64,000 nt of DNA from Antedon mediterranea. Taxonomy: Eukaryota > Animalia > Echinodermata. Below the pieces are notes generated by a model, which was not told the DNA's origin, did not search any database, and worked only from the letters and a program-made list of their open reading frames with translations. The DNA lies in NCBI RefSeq assembly GCF_964355755.1, contig NC_092680.1, positions 4,278,001-4,342,000 of the forward strand. Direction: 5' to 3'. Positions 41,552-55,600 of the stretch are shown here, in pieces. The translations under genes were made by a program, and so were the position numbers. How positions within the stretch are numbered: position 1 is the first letter of the stretch; the number at the start of each line of letters is the position of its first letter.

Positions 41552-41964
41552 TTATGATAACAATCTTCTGTGTTTATTGCGTGAATTCATGCTGTAGGCA
41601 TACTCTATAAATTACACAAATCAAACACATTTCTGACTCGTGTTGTATGTTTTGTTGAATCAAAGTTTTCTCACGAAGTCTATTAGCAGACAAAAGAATT
41701 AAATAACAAGTAACAATAGTTGTTTTAGTAATAAGGCTAATCTAGGGTTTACATCACTACAGCTGAGCCGAATAATGCTACCACCCACGAGTTGCAAAAC
41801 CACTGCTCGATGGGAACACCCTCCGTTATTTCAATTCGGAAACAGGTGCTACGTGTTTATGTCTCAATTTTGATAAAATTAATTTCATTAAAAGATATGA
41901 TTATTGGTTAATAAAAGTCTTATTGGCCAGATGTTTGGCCAACTTTGACGTAATTGTACTTTAT

Positions 41965-42322
41965 GCAAGAGATGCAACACAAGGACGTAGACGCAACACA
42001 AGCAAGTTGACCAATCACAAGCGATTGTTCGAATATTCCATCGCTCGTGATTGATCAAATCACTTAAGCTTGGTACCCACTAGCGACGCAACGTAACGCA
42101 ATCTACGCAACGTAAGCAAGTGCCCTTTTAATAATTGTGCTTGCCCCCGCCTGCGTGAAATCAAATCTGCGTTGTTTGCAGCACTATTACGTCGTCGGTT
42201 CCCAATTGTGATTACGCAATACAACACTTTGCGTCGATACGTCGCTGCGTTGCGTTATAGTGGGAACCACGCTTTACATTGCGTTACGTACTTACGTTGC
42301 GTCTCTAGTGGGAACCAAGCTT
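41965..42322. mobile_element. MITE family 2 copy interrupted by a nested related MITE (42067-42273, TTA TSD)
   Basis: Host sequence ...caaatcac-TTA-[insert]-TTA-cattgcg... restores the motif seen uninterrupted near 10665. Confidence 0.85.
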
Positions 42323-42564
42323 AAGTAGGCCTACTATCCTGTTAGTGCAGTACCCACTGCTTTATTGGACTCGACTCAACCCTTGCCTTCAGCGCTCTCG
42401 GTGTTCGAGAGATATGAACGCAAGGCTAATGATCTGGAAGTAAGTAGGTTTGAGTCCCACACGAGAAAAAGGTATGAATATTAACGTGTTCTCATTTTAC
42501 ATGAAGTATAATACGTCAGAGTAGGGCAAACATTCGACCAATTAACTGCGTAGCTCTCCCTAAA

Positions 42565-42936
42565 TCGTGGTTCCCATTAGCGACGCAACAGAAGGACGTA
42601 ACGCAACGCAAGTGAATTGACCAATCACAAGCGATGACTTATTCGCTTGTGATTGCTAACTGTCTATAACTTCGCTTGTCATTGGTTAAAACGCTTGCGT
42701 TGCGTTTACGTCCTTGCGTTACGTTCTAGTGGGAACCAAGCTTAAAGCGTGGTTATCACTAGAACGCAACGCAGCGACGTATCGACCCAAAGTGCTGTAT
42801 TGCGTAATCACAAGTGGGAACCGACGACGCAATAGTGCTGCAAACATCGCAGGCTGAGGCAAACACAATTATCAGAAGGGAATTTTCTTACGTTGCGTAG
42901 ATTGCGTTACGTTGCGTCGCTAGTGGGAACCAAGCT
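42565..42936. mobile_element. Two abutting MITEs: family 2 (42565-42742) and subfamily 2b (42746-42936, TAA TSD)
   Basis: TAA at 42743-45 and 42937-39. The 2b copy is the reverse complement of 42067-42273. Confidence 0.85.
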
Positions 42937-43643
42937 TAATGCAAAGGTAATTCGCTGCAGTTAAACAATTGCCACTCTGTTTTCAATATTTGTTTTTAAT
43001 GATCATTTTATTACAATACGGTACGGTAATATTACACACACCACAAGCATAAGACAAATTATATTCCCGGTGCAAACGTATCTATTTATTTTATATTATC
43101 CTTGGTATTAGGTTGATATACTTCTATTATTATTTCGTGAATCATCATCACAATTATATATTCATTGTTTATTTTCTTTTGTATGCAAGACAGTAACATA
43201 CAGTAACAATGTAAACACATATAATGAATATTTGAATCAATTCAATTTCTAAATTATTATATTATTTTATTCGATATAAACTAACGGCTTTCTTTGTATT
43301 GTTTTTTAATGTATAAAATAAAGTACCGATTACCGGAGTATTAGGTTAAAAAAAATTAACATAATTAATGTACACTTTGAATTATTAAATGTTCATCTTA
43401 ATAACAGTAGATCCATTCCAGAATAAGATTTAAAATCAAATCAACTTTTCATTGATTAAAATTAATATTAAATCAAAACCATGAGTTCTTGATTTAAAAT
43501 AAAATTCGGTCTATAATCGAATTATTGCAAACACACCATGCTAAAGCGAGAACCAATTATGGAACGCCGTCGAGGCATAATTCATAAGAATATTCGGATT
43601 TGATGTAAGGTGTTTCACGTGGTTTGTTTTCAATTACAATCTC

Positions 43644-46600
43644 CTAACGTAGCGATTGTATCTGTAATGGCGAAAACATTGAACGATATTTGAATGACGA
43701 ATTTTCAATCAAGCATTTCGTACGTTACCCATATTAATTATTAAAATACACTAATAAATTAATACTAATACAAATAAAAGGTTCTTACCTCTTTTTCAAC
43801 TATGTTTTTCTTTGACATGAATTGCTTCGCTTTATCCTGTATAGAGAAAAGTGCCAAAATATAACATTTAGATTTAAAAAGACGAAAAACGAGAAAAATG
43901 TCTCACACATCATCATCAGGTCAGCCACTATCAGCTCAATGCAGGAGAGAGGCCAAACCAAAACCATCTTTTCTCTCCTCACGGTCATCCATAAAAAGAA
44001 TAAAAATCCACCTCCTTCATCAATAAAAAAAGTTTAAACTATAATATACCTTGTTACCCGATTGCAAGGCCTGTTTGGCCTCAGTATGGTACGTCACTAG
44101 TAGCTGTTGCAGATTCTGGACATACTCTGGTAAAATAAATATAAACAATCCAGCTTAAAGGGGAGCTCCGATATTTCTTGTCATACATAAGTTGGGGACC
44201 CCTCATAAAACGTCACAAAATTAACATGAATATTCATTAATCATATCCATATATATATATGTTTTGTTTTATTTTGACTTAATTTGTGCTACTTAGTTTT
44301 GTTATTTTTGTATTTTATAAGTAATGATGGAGTAAGAGCAGTTTTCTGTTTGGGCTCATGCCTATTACTTGCTCCTGGCAAGATGAATTGTAAAATGTAC
44401 TTTATGAACTTTTGCCGAATAAATATTATTATTATTATTATAAGTGTGACGTAAGAATTGAGCTAACTACAATTCGCTAATGCAAACGCTTTCTGTCGCG
44501 TGGATTAGACTATGGACTTTACATGTCAATATATGGGGTTCGAATCCAATGAGCAACTTCTTTTTATTTTATAGTAAGAGAAAGATTATTTAGAGAGTTA
44601 GGTTTAGTTATATTTAGGAATTAGTTCGGATATCTTTCACATAAGGGGTCCCCAACTTATGTACGAAAAAAAATCGCCTCCGGGTTTAAAATGCATAGCA
44701 GTGAAGCAGAATGAGAGCCACTTTTAAAAAGTTATGCTACAGGAATTTTTCATAATTTACTCATTTTACTTGATAAAATGGTTGCCAAGGTTTATAATTT
44801 AGTCGCAAGTATAATCCCGGAGCTATCCTTATAGGCATTTCATGCTTATAAGGAAGAAGTAATCGTTGTGTAATTTACTCTACAAGTTCGGTTTATTTAT
44901 GCAGTATTAGCCTTATAGTACATTTATGTAAATAATAATTAGCATCGAACTTTTTGTTTGATTGCATTAGAATAATACGTGTCTGTGAATACGTCTCCTG
45001 CAAATTAACTGTCAAAAACAGGACCGAACTGTTCCCAGAAAAAAAATATAAATATATCGAGTGCCCCAGAAATAAACCTACAGGCCCAATAATGTCTGCA
45101 GCAGCGAAATATCCATGTCATTCCTTGTAATAATAAATCAAATCCGACAAATATCATATATCGAAATGGAATCACGTGTTAAGTAGGTGTCGGTATTTAA
45201 TTTTCCGTGACAACACTGACAGAACAATTTAAATTGTGTTACCCGTAAACGCAGGCACACTACCGCGCTGGGGAATAGAACTAATATCGTTTGACACATA
45301 ATATGTTTAAATTATGCATTGATCTTGATAAAGTTCCTCTGTCAAAGATCAAATGGGTTATTCGAGTGATACATAACCCCTGCACTTGAAGTAAGCTGTA
45401 TAAATTACGAATGAGATACACGATCAGCGAAATGTTTACGTTTTGTAGAAAAAGTAACCCACTGTTAAGTATTCCATCGAATAATTGAAAATAGAGAGTT
45501 TAAGACTCACATGAAACGACCACTTATTATACGTTTACTGATCTAATAGAGGTTCGAGAGGCCTAAATATAAAATAGCTATATGATGCATGACATATACG
45601 TCTATATTTGCGCTGATTACTAGCTGCATTTTTGGAGTAATATGTTTCCATACGTGTTTGATCCATCCAAACAAAAATGACTAGGGTAATATTATGTTCA
45701 GCGCGGTTTCACAACATTATGCGCTATATAAATCCAGGATATTATTAATTGCCTAAAATTTGAATACTAATCTTGGAATTTAGGCCTATATAAAGAGCCC
45801 TGGCTTGATACTGTAATGAAACATTAAGTGCTGAAGTTGAAGAGGTATTAAGTAGAAGTGATGACATTTAAAAAAATGTAATACCTTGTCGAAGTGACGA
45901 GTCTGCTTGCCTTAGAATATTTTGACCCTGTGCTAAATTCCTTTTCATACTTTCATGTTTTGCTAATATTTCTTTCGGTACAACCATTCGTTTTGCCTTC
46001 ATCGCAGACAACTACAACATAATGCATATTGTATACAGTTTATAATCAATGTATTTCATCATTTATATTTAACTAGGCCTACATAAATGTTCTAACACAG
46101 GATCAGCATACCAGAGATCATGTAAAGGAGAGGTCGAATAAGTGTCCTACCTTTTCTTCTAGTGCGTCAGTAGTCCATTTTAAGACTGCGACACTATCCC
46201 TGGGCGCTGAACTGAAAAGGAATGATAAATCTAAATTTAACCCGTGTATCTAAAATTAAACTATGTCTATCACATTAATTGACGTTTGGAGTTTAGTTTG
46301 TAAGCGAAGCATGTACAGTGAGTTACAACAGGCCTACAATCAAAAGATAGCTGCTGCTTTGTATGTAGGCCTATTAACGTTATGAACAATACTACGGACA
46401 TTAGTAATGATACTGTACTTAGGCTTATGCTAAAATAAACAAAAATATATAGTCATAACCTAGCCTACTTGGTGATGTATAAATGAACACCTACGTGAAA
46501 GGGGTGGAGTTTCTTATCTAAAAAGTAAAATGTAGATAAAACGTATTCCATTTTGTGACATGATGAACATGTATTTCATAAGACGTTCATCGCCTGAATA

Positions 46601-49600
46601 CCAATTCTTTTGTTTGTTTTATTGTTTTTAATTCAACGGAGAGGTATGTTCAACAGTGTACAGTATATAAAAACTGTGTATTCAGCTGTGTAGGCCTACA
46701 ATATTCATTGATAAACTCTATGACCTTTTTGCTCTAACCAGCATTCTTGTACAACACCGTCCTAATTAACCCTTATTAATATCACAGCTTGCTGCAAGAA
46801 TAACGAACTTCCCGGCTACTGTGTGTGCAATACATTTATTAATACATTCAGCTATGTGTCTATAACTCCGTACCGTGTGTATACAATTGTTTTTTAAATA
46901 TTATACGCATCATAAAGGATGTATAGTCTCTTCTCGTTCATTATGGATTTTTACATTGCGCAACATAAAAACAACATAAATGACAATACACACTCGTTTA
47001 TTGCACTCATGAGTTCACAGTAATATAAAATAAGATCGTCAATGTTACATTTAAAAAAAAATAAATTATCACAATTTCAAGTTTATCTTTGTATAAAACA
47101 TTCATATATAATTATAATTTGATATTTACAGACTTTTAAAAAGGATTTTAAATGAAATATTTAACATAGTAAAATAATGTATAAAAATTCGTTCTTAAAA
47201 CGTTTCAAAGATTAAAAATCTAGTATTATATAATTATTATCATTTATGAAATTCTTCAGCCATTAGTCAAAAGGCTTAAAAATGCTGTTCTAAAGTTTCA
47301 TTTTTTGTCATCCCATAAAAGGATATATTCCCTATGGTTGCCTGCTATTAACAGAAAATGCCCCCCATGATGGAAAAGCTCACATTGGCCTCCCTACTAA
47401 TAAGGGAAGGGAACGCATAAAATATCTAAATTCCTCATTATTTACCAACCATACTAAATAAAGATTTACAAAGTCTCTTAACATTAACAAAAGACGTTAT
47501 ACTATGTTAAAACCCTTACAAATCTATTCGTATATTTGACGTTATTCAACCATTCATGTAACAAATCACATGGATTGCCCCAGAGTCTCTTCTAGTACAT
47601 TCTGCTATCCACTATAGAGAAATGTAATGTATTTTCTATGATTTTATTAAGCTATTTCGAAGAAAGTGATAATTTCATGCGGCTATTCTTTTTGACATAT
47701 TTTCAAATCCCAAAGGTAAGTATAATGTGATGTAAAATGTACATTAATGTTCGTGTTTAAAGTTAGTACGTAAATGTGTGTACGAATTAGAGTAGCATAT
47801 TATTTCATTGAAGATGACTGATTATAATTATTATTAATATATCATATATTTCACTTTTTATCATCTTCTGTTAAAGTGAATTATTCTTGTTTTTGTTGTT
47901 ATTGATATTATTATTACTTCTTTTTATCTTAATATTTTTTAAAGCTTTGCTTATTGCTTATTTTGAATTTCCCTTTCCATAACTTGTTGATGACATCTCT
48001 GTATATTTTATGGAATACATTGATTTTTATTGATTGATAGATATATGTATTATTATGTGTTTAAACAATTCAGTGTTTGATGGATATGGATAACAACTTT
48101 ATGCTGCGGTGTTGAATCCAAACTAAAACCAACAGAGAAATCTGTTCCGTGGTTGATTGCATTTCACATGACCCAACAAGAGCTACTAACCGCTAAACCC
48201 CGTGAACCCAACCCCTGTGGGCCATTTGAGGCCCATGTTCTGCTTTCTATACTCTATCTGGCCTGTGCGATTATTTCCAAATTACAATCATCTCCACTCT
48301 ATTTTGTGATATAGTTACATATATTTACATCACTACCATATTTAAGCATATCACTAAGATATTAAGGCACATTTTTTTGTCGCATAAAGTTTGATAATGT
48401 AGACCGAGTTTTAGGAAACTCCAATCTACAAATCGTCGTTGTTATGGATATGAATGTATCATTTTTGTTGTTATTGACAATATTTATCCAGTGGTCCATT
48501 TGTTAGTCCCTACCCACCACCACCTCTGGTTCTGCCCTACACCTCCCCAACCCTTCTATTTCAAAATCATGTATGCACCATTGACATTTTTGAAAACCGT
48601 CCATTACAATAATTATGATGATTCTATAATAATGATTTGATTAATATTAATGATCATGCTGTGAGTAATGCCAGAAACCAGAGAATAACTGGTTTTAAGA
48701 GGCTGAACATATCGAAGAACTGGAAATAAAAAAGGAAAAAAGGGTATATTAATATCCCAAATACCAACATGGAAAACAAACAGAACAACGTTAACAGGAA
48801 GGACCAGATTATTTTGCATGCTTTGTTAAACAAATTAAAAAGTAACATTCAGAAATTAATTAAAAAAACTTGAGCCCTGTCTACACTATCAAACTTGTGT
48901 GATGTACCTAAATATGGTAGTGATATGCTTAAATATGGTAGTGGTATGACATCATCATGTCCATATACATTATTGGCACATCACACTTTTTTTGTCCAAT
49001 AAAGTTGGTTAGTGTAGACAGAGCATTAGAAATAACAAAGAAACTTATAGCTCTGTCTACAATATAAAACTTTATGTGACAAAACAACGTGATGTGCCCA
49101 TAATATGGACACGATGATGCCATATCATTACCATATTTGGGCACATCACACTAGTTTGATAGTGTAGATGACAGAGCTTAAAAAACTAATAAAGTAAAAG
49201 AACAGGTTTTTCCTAAAGTAGGGGTCTAACACAATGCTACTATGGCAGAGAGACGTGCATGTACTGTAATGTTAATTAATGGTTAGTGTATGTATAAGTG
49301 AAAACGGGTTATATATACTGTATATATACATGTGAGAGTTGTGTATAAAATATATTATTACTTACTTTTGTTGTGTTCGACTCTGAAAAAGCAAAAGAGA
49401 TAAGTTGATTAACCAGCAAACAATGGCATTGGTTGGTAATTTGTTTACTAAATTTGTCTGGTAGGCCTACAGTACAGTATGCCAACATAGACTACTGATA
49501 TGGTCATCTTAAATGAAGGTATATAGTATATTATACTGTATTTAGAAAATGTTTTCTAAATATTTCATGTAAAAAATTGCAAATATAATTCTTACTTTTG

Positions 49601-52600
49601 AAGGACTTCTGCTACTTGCCATCTGTAAACGAAAACAACAAATAACTTAAAATTTTCAAAGATTGTGTTGTTTTTCTATATATCTTCACACAAAAGAATT
49701 AATAATAGTACCGTTACATAGCTTTCTATTCTTTATAAAGTAGAGCATTTAAGAGAACACCTTCGTTACCCTACAAGTGTCCTCTAAATGAAGTGTTAAC
49801 AGATATATTTCCCTCCATTCATTTCACGGAAAATAGTCCCTTTAATAGGAGGGGGGGGGGGGTACTTGAATAGGCGTGTCGGTTTAGTATAAGGCATTTT
49901 TTGAGGAAAATGGTAAAAAAAAAATGTCAAAAAAATACATACTTGTGTTGTTATTTTGCTGCTACCGTCAATAACTAGCCATTTCTCGCGTACAAATTCG
50001 TGTTTAATGCCAGATAATGGACGGTAGATTCTAACTTTTACTTCAAGCTTTCCGCCAACTTGCTTTCTTCCCTCAGTTAGCTAAAAATATGTAACATATC
50101 ATTTCATTTATTTCATAATAAAAAAAGATCAGGAAAAACAAACGCAACCTAGGCCACTATTTAAATTGATGTTTATAAATTAAAAATTTAAGTTATAGTA
50201 AACTTTCTCTCTTGTAAGTAAGCTTTGTCTACACTATCAAACTAGTTTGACAAAAAAAGTGCAATGTGCCCAAATATGGTAGTCATATCCCAAATATGGT
50301 AGTGATATGACATCATCATGTCCATATTTGGGCATATTTTTTTGTCATAAAAGTTTGATAGTGTAGTCAGAGCATAACTTGCTTACTGTCACATTTTCAT
50401 TACCTGAAGGCTTTCGTGAATTTCACATTTTTTTTCAAAGTCAGTCAGTTTTAAAGATGCAGTGCCGAATACACCATCACTTCTCAGAAACCCTCTGAAG
50501 AAAATAATAGTTTGAATTAGGAAGAATGCAATTCAAAACCAGGCTAGTGGTTTGGAGGTCGTGGGTTTGAATACTTTTTTCCATTTAATTTTTTTCCACT
50601 ATTCTCAATGTACAGAGCATTCAGTACAACTACGTAATGCAACATATTATTGTCAGTACAATATTACTTTTTATAGTAGACTTCAAACTTGACAGACTTC
50701 CTTTTGACTACGCCTGCAAACGATCTCGACGACAAGTTTACTGGAAACTTAAAAGATTGCTCATACTCGGGATTGTCCCCCTCTTTGCTGTGAGTTTTCT
50801 CTGAAGGGGGTTCATCCTAAAAAACAAAACAAGTGATCAAAAATGTTATACGACAATCATTTTTTTATCTGCATAAGTCAAAAGAGATAGAGAATATAGT
50901 TCATTAATTGTAAACCAGTAAATGAACTTATGTGTCACGCTGTCAGCTAGACTTTGTTTGTTATAATTAATGAACTATATCTCAATACTAATCAAAACCA
51001 GAGGAAAATACTTACTGTTGGAAATGGAAATTCAAACTTAATATAAGTGTCAAGATCTTTGGCAGCATAACCTGTTGGAAAAAAAATGGAAAAGAAAAAT
51101 TAAAACCAAATAAACACACTAATAATACATATTAGAATATGTGTATTCATGTGGCCAATCAGGGCGAAACGACCCACGAAATAGCAACCCAGGGTGAAAC
51201 CTTATTCTCATTACATGCGATGTTTACATAGACAGATTATTATAGTAGGCCTAGAAATTTGTAAATAAAACATATCCGAAATTGTCATTGGTTTAAATAA
51301 ATTGCACAAAATATGTCTGTTTATTCATCATGACCTAACGTCTATTATGTTTCTAGTATATCACTGGGCAGTATAGAATTTCTTCTATGCCTGATAAATT
51401 TTTATATATTACAGATTTATTTCAGAACAAGAATCCTTTTATAAATGATTTACCTGAAGGAGGAGTGTATTGCACACCACGTACTATGACTACTTCTGCT
51501 TGGCTTTCAGACAAATCTGCACACAATCTAAAAAAATAGACACATTAAAATAAAAAATACCAGACTAAGATATTGATAGGCATAGATGGTTTGAGATGCT
51601 ATGATCTAGGAAAATCATAGCATGGAAAGTGAAATCTTGGTTTTATAATAACTATCTGTATACCATTCTTTACGTTAAAACAGCAATAAATATGTATGTG
51701 TGCAACGTTTCGTTTCCTTGCCAGATGAAAACTGTACATACGTATGTATTAATATTACTGGTTTAACATAAAGAATTGTATAGAAATAATTACTATATTT
51801 GTGATTCGTAAAACAATACTAATTTGCGTAGTACGTACTTTAACGATGGTAGTGTTCGGTATTCGTAGTGAAATCGTGGTATTGGATCACCATGCGTATG
51901 TGCTCCTACTAATGTATCTAAGTCCTGACGGGAACTCCTCGCCATCTGTTCAAACCTGAAAACCGAATTGAACAATAATAAATATATTTATAAAAAGAAA
52001 ACTGTAGTGTACAGTTTAAGTAATTAAAAGTACGGGTATTTGCTCGTACTGCTGTCTCTACTATTTTTATAACTGAAAATAAATATCACATTCCATAATT
52101 CTAAGTATGTGTTCACACAACAAGTTTGCTATAAAATTTATCAAGTTTCTTACTTTTCAACTTCACTTATTTTACCCATCTTTGAAAACTGTTTTCGATT
52201 AGTTTCACAAATCTGGAAAAAATAACGTTAAAAATTATTATCATTAATTATATTAATCAAATTCATGTAGCGTATCACTCTTTATAATCTGTTTGTTTGT
52301 TATTTCATCATATAGAAACTTTAATTAAATACCTGTATCACTCTTTATTATCTGTATGTTTGCTATAGGAGAATTAATTATTCATTTTTATATTTAAATT
52401 ACTAATTGTATTGTAATTTTTTTTTAATGGATTATTGAAATGAAAGAAAAAAAAACCAAATTGTACAGTATATACATTGTTATTATAATATTAAATCAGG
52501 TGGTAGTACATATTATGTATTGACTGCTCATAATTAATCTTAAAAGGTGTTTCAGAAACTTACTTAAAACCACTTTGTATCTAAGTAAAGGTCAAAGGTT

Positions 52601-55600
52601 ATTCTCACCTGTATTTGTCTTTTGAGTGATGTCTGTAACCTTGAGAACATTTCTCCTCTGTCACCTGTCACTTCTTCATTACATTCCATCGCTGTTTCTA
52701 CAGAATCTTCCACAGTAGGTAAATCAGGAATCTGCAAATTTGTAATTTCTAATTAAATACACTACATCGGGGTAATCATTTTTTTTCAGTTTATTTAGCA
52801 ATAAGCTAATATTATCTACTACTAATAATGTTTAAAAAAGGTGTCTATAAAATATATATATATTATTTTTCTTTTTTATTACTATATTATTTATAATATT
52901 ATTATTATTAATATATTTATTATTAAGGACATCTGTTGCATTGCAGCAAGAAAAATATTAGAGCTAAAGTTAAAAAAAAAGTTTATGGAACAGTGTTATT
53001 TGATGTTATCCGTTGCATAATTTATTAAATTATTGAAAATAAGACTAAAAGAAAGTACCCTGCACTTACAGTAGCCATGTTGACTAAAAGACCACCCTTT
53101 GACTTCTCAATGAGAGGATCAAAGCCCTGCAATATAAAAAAAAAACAAAAATAAAAATATGTGCTGCAAATTATTATGGATTTTACTAAAGTGATGGCTG
53201 GTTATATTATTGTAAGGATAGGGAGTTTACATATCGTGTTGCACAAAAATTTACAAAAAAGAATGATAATCGCATACATGTAGGTAAGGATAATACAAAG
53301 TAAAGCTAAGATGATATTTAAACCACATGCTTTTCATGATTCATCACATATCAGTGACTTCCACCTGTTTATTATTATTTATCTGATACATCCCACTTCT
53401 ATAAGTTATACAATAATGTGGTAGAGAATGCATTGAAGAATATTTTTCCCTTATAAATAAACCAATAGGAAATGTATTTACAAAATTATAGGTTTAGACA
53501 GATTATAGAAATAAAATCAATTCATTCGGGCAGATACCTCTATCAAGGGGACACCTTACTATTAAGAGGACACTTTACTGTGAGATGGCTGAGGGGAGTA
53601 CAGCATATTGTGTTTTAACATGGAGCTGTAGCTTGGTGGTTAACTTGCTTGCCTTCCAACCCCAAGGTCTGGGGTTCAATGCTGACTTACTGACAGGGTT
53701 GTAACTCACGACTCGTTCAACTCCACTCCCTAAGCCTCAAGCACGATAAAGTATTAAATAGTTTATCCATCCTATAATTTGCGAGTCACTCGCTGTTGGA
53801 TGCGTATGAACGAAACACTACGGACAACTCTATTCAGGGGACACTCATATTAAATGTACACTTTGGTGCCCTTTAATATGGTTTCTACTGTACCTTTGCT
53901 ATTTTAATTAATCTTTTTGCTTCATCTAGGTCTCCTTGCTTCTTTGCAGTAAGTGCTCTTAACTGGAATTCTTTCTTTCTTTTTTCTAGAACCTCTAGTT
54001 GTCTTACAACAGTTGGTTTTAATGCTGATAAATAAAAAGAAAAAAGAGCCATCATTTCAAGAAGACAACAGTAATAAAATATGAAATCATCTAATGTTTT
54101 GTAAATTCAATATTTTTATGATTGAAGACTTTTGTGCCACATTTGTTGTCTTGTCCCTTGGATGAAACATAAAGTTGTTGGTCCTGTACATAATACAGGT
54201 GCATGCTAAAAACGTGTTGCACTGCTGGCCTAGTGCAAATTTTCTCAGGTTCCAGGACAGCATGAGGTAAAGACTAATAATAATTGTTCAAAATTCTTAC
54301 TATCTATCTCAGTTTCAAGTTAAGCTTAAGAACGATTATAAATACCTTTACCTTTTTTATTTATAAAATGTATAATATTTGTTGTTTATACCTGGAGAGG
54401 CTTGCTTTGCTGTGCCTTGCTGTGGTTTCTGGGCTTCTTCTTGTGATGCTATTTGTTGCACTGTTCTTGGCTTTAGCTTAGGCGGTTGGGCAGCAGCCTG
54501 ACCAGGAGGCTGGGCGGCAGGCTGGCCAGAAGGTTGAGCAGCAGACTTTGTTGAACTCTTTGTTGGTATAGGGGGGTAGCCAGGAGGGGCTGGTAGTTCC
54601 TCATAATCTATCGGTCGTCCTGCTTTTTCTTTCTTTATTGCATCTTCATATTGCTAAAAAATAAACATATAACTAAAATAGTGTTGCAGTGTTTTTCTAG
54701 ATGCAATGTTTGTTCTCTGGTAGAACATGAATCATGGATTCTAGCATAGAATCATAACTTTAGACCACTGAGATTGTACATGGTGACTATAGGGTTCAGT
54801 GGAGTAATGCAGAGGCCCGAGTCCCCTGGTTTAGACCTCGGGTGTTTTAGCCTTTTTCAACATATTTTAATGCCTGTTTTTTTCTCTGGCACTGTTCTGG
54901 GGCCTTTTGGTTTAGCCAGTGAGCACTGATAGCCCTACACCACTTCTAGGATGAGATTTGAGCCAGGAAGCAGTGGGTACTGTTTTATAACCAACACTAG
55001 TACTGTACATTGTATTAAGTAAATACTGTAGCATACTTGATACTTCTAATGCAAAATATCTAGAGTAAAACTCCTATTATGGGAACACCATTAGGACCAA
55101 ACAAGGAACAAACTGTCCTTTTAGATAGGAGTGTCCCTTGAATAGGGGTTGGCTATAGTGGTAGAACATAAAGTATATTGGCCCTTGTTCATTCAGAAAG
55201 TGTCCTGTTAATAAGGGTGTCCTATGCAGGCCTTTTCTTTTAAGTCAAACCTAACACACTCCTAAACTGCCCTTGAGGAGTGCGATTTACAACATGCTTA
55301 AATTTGGCAAACTTCTACACACCAAAATACAAAACACATACATGAATTTACTGAGGAGTGCAATTTATAGCACACCTATAATTTTCAAAAGACAAGGCCT
55401 GCCTATAAGTGTTCTACTGTAGTCAAGCATCAGTTACTGAATAAATCAATCAAATATTTAATACTCGTTAAATTCATAAATGAATGCATTAGCGATTACA
55501 TATTTAAATTCTAATACAGTATACCTTTAGTATTCTACCCATCCTCCTTGCCTTCCCTGAATTATTTTCCGCCTCAGCTTTTTTCTTTGCTTCTTTATAT

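Noticed and set aside
42400-42470. Possible tRNA gene (ggtttgagtccc T-arm-like), also at 44495, 53622 and 61553
   Set aside because: No complete cloverleaf or acceptor stem. Better explained as degenerate tRNA-derived SINE heads.
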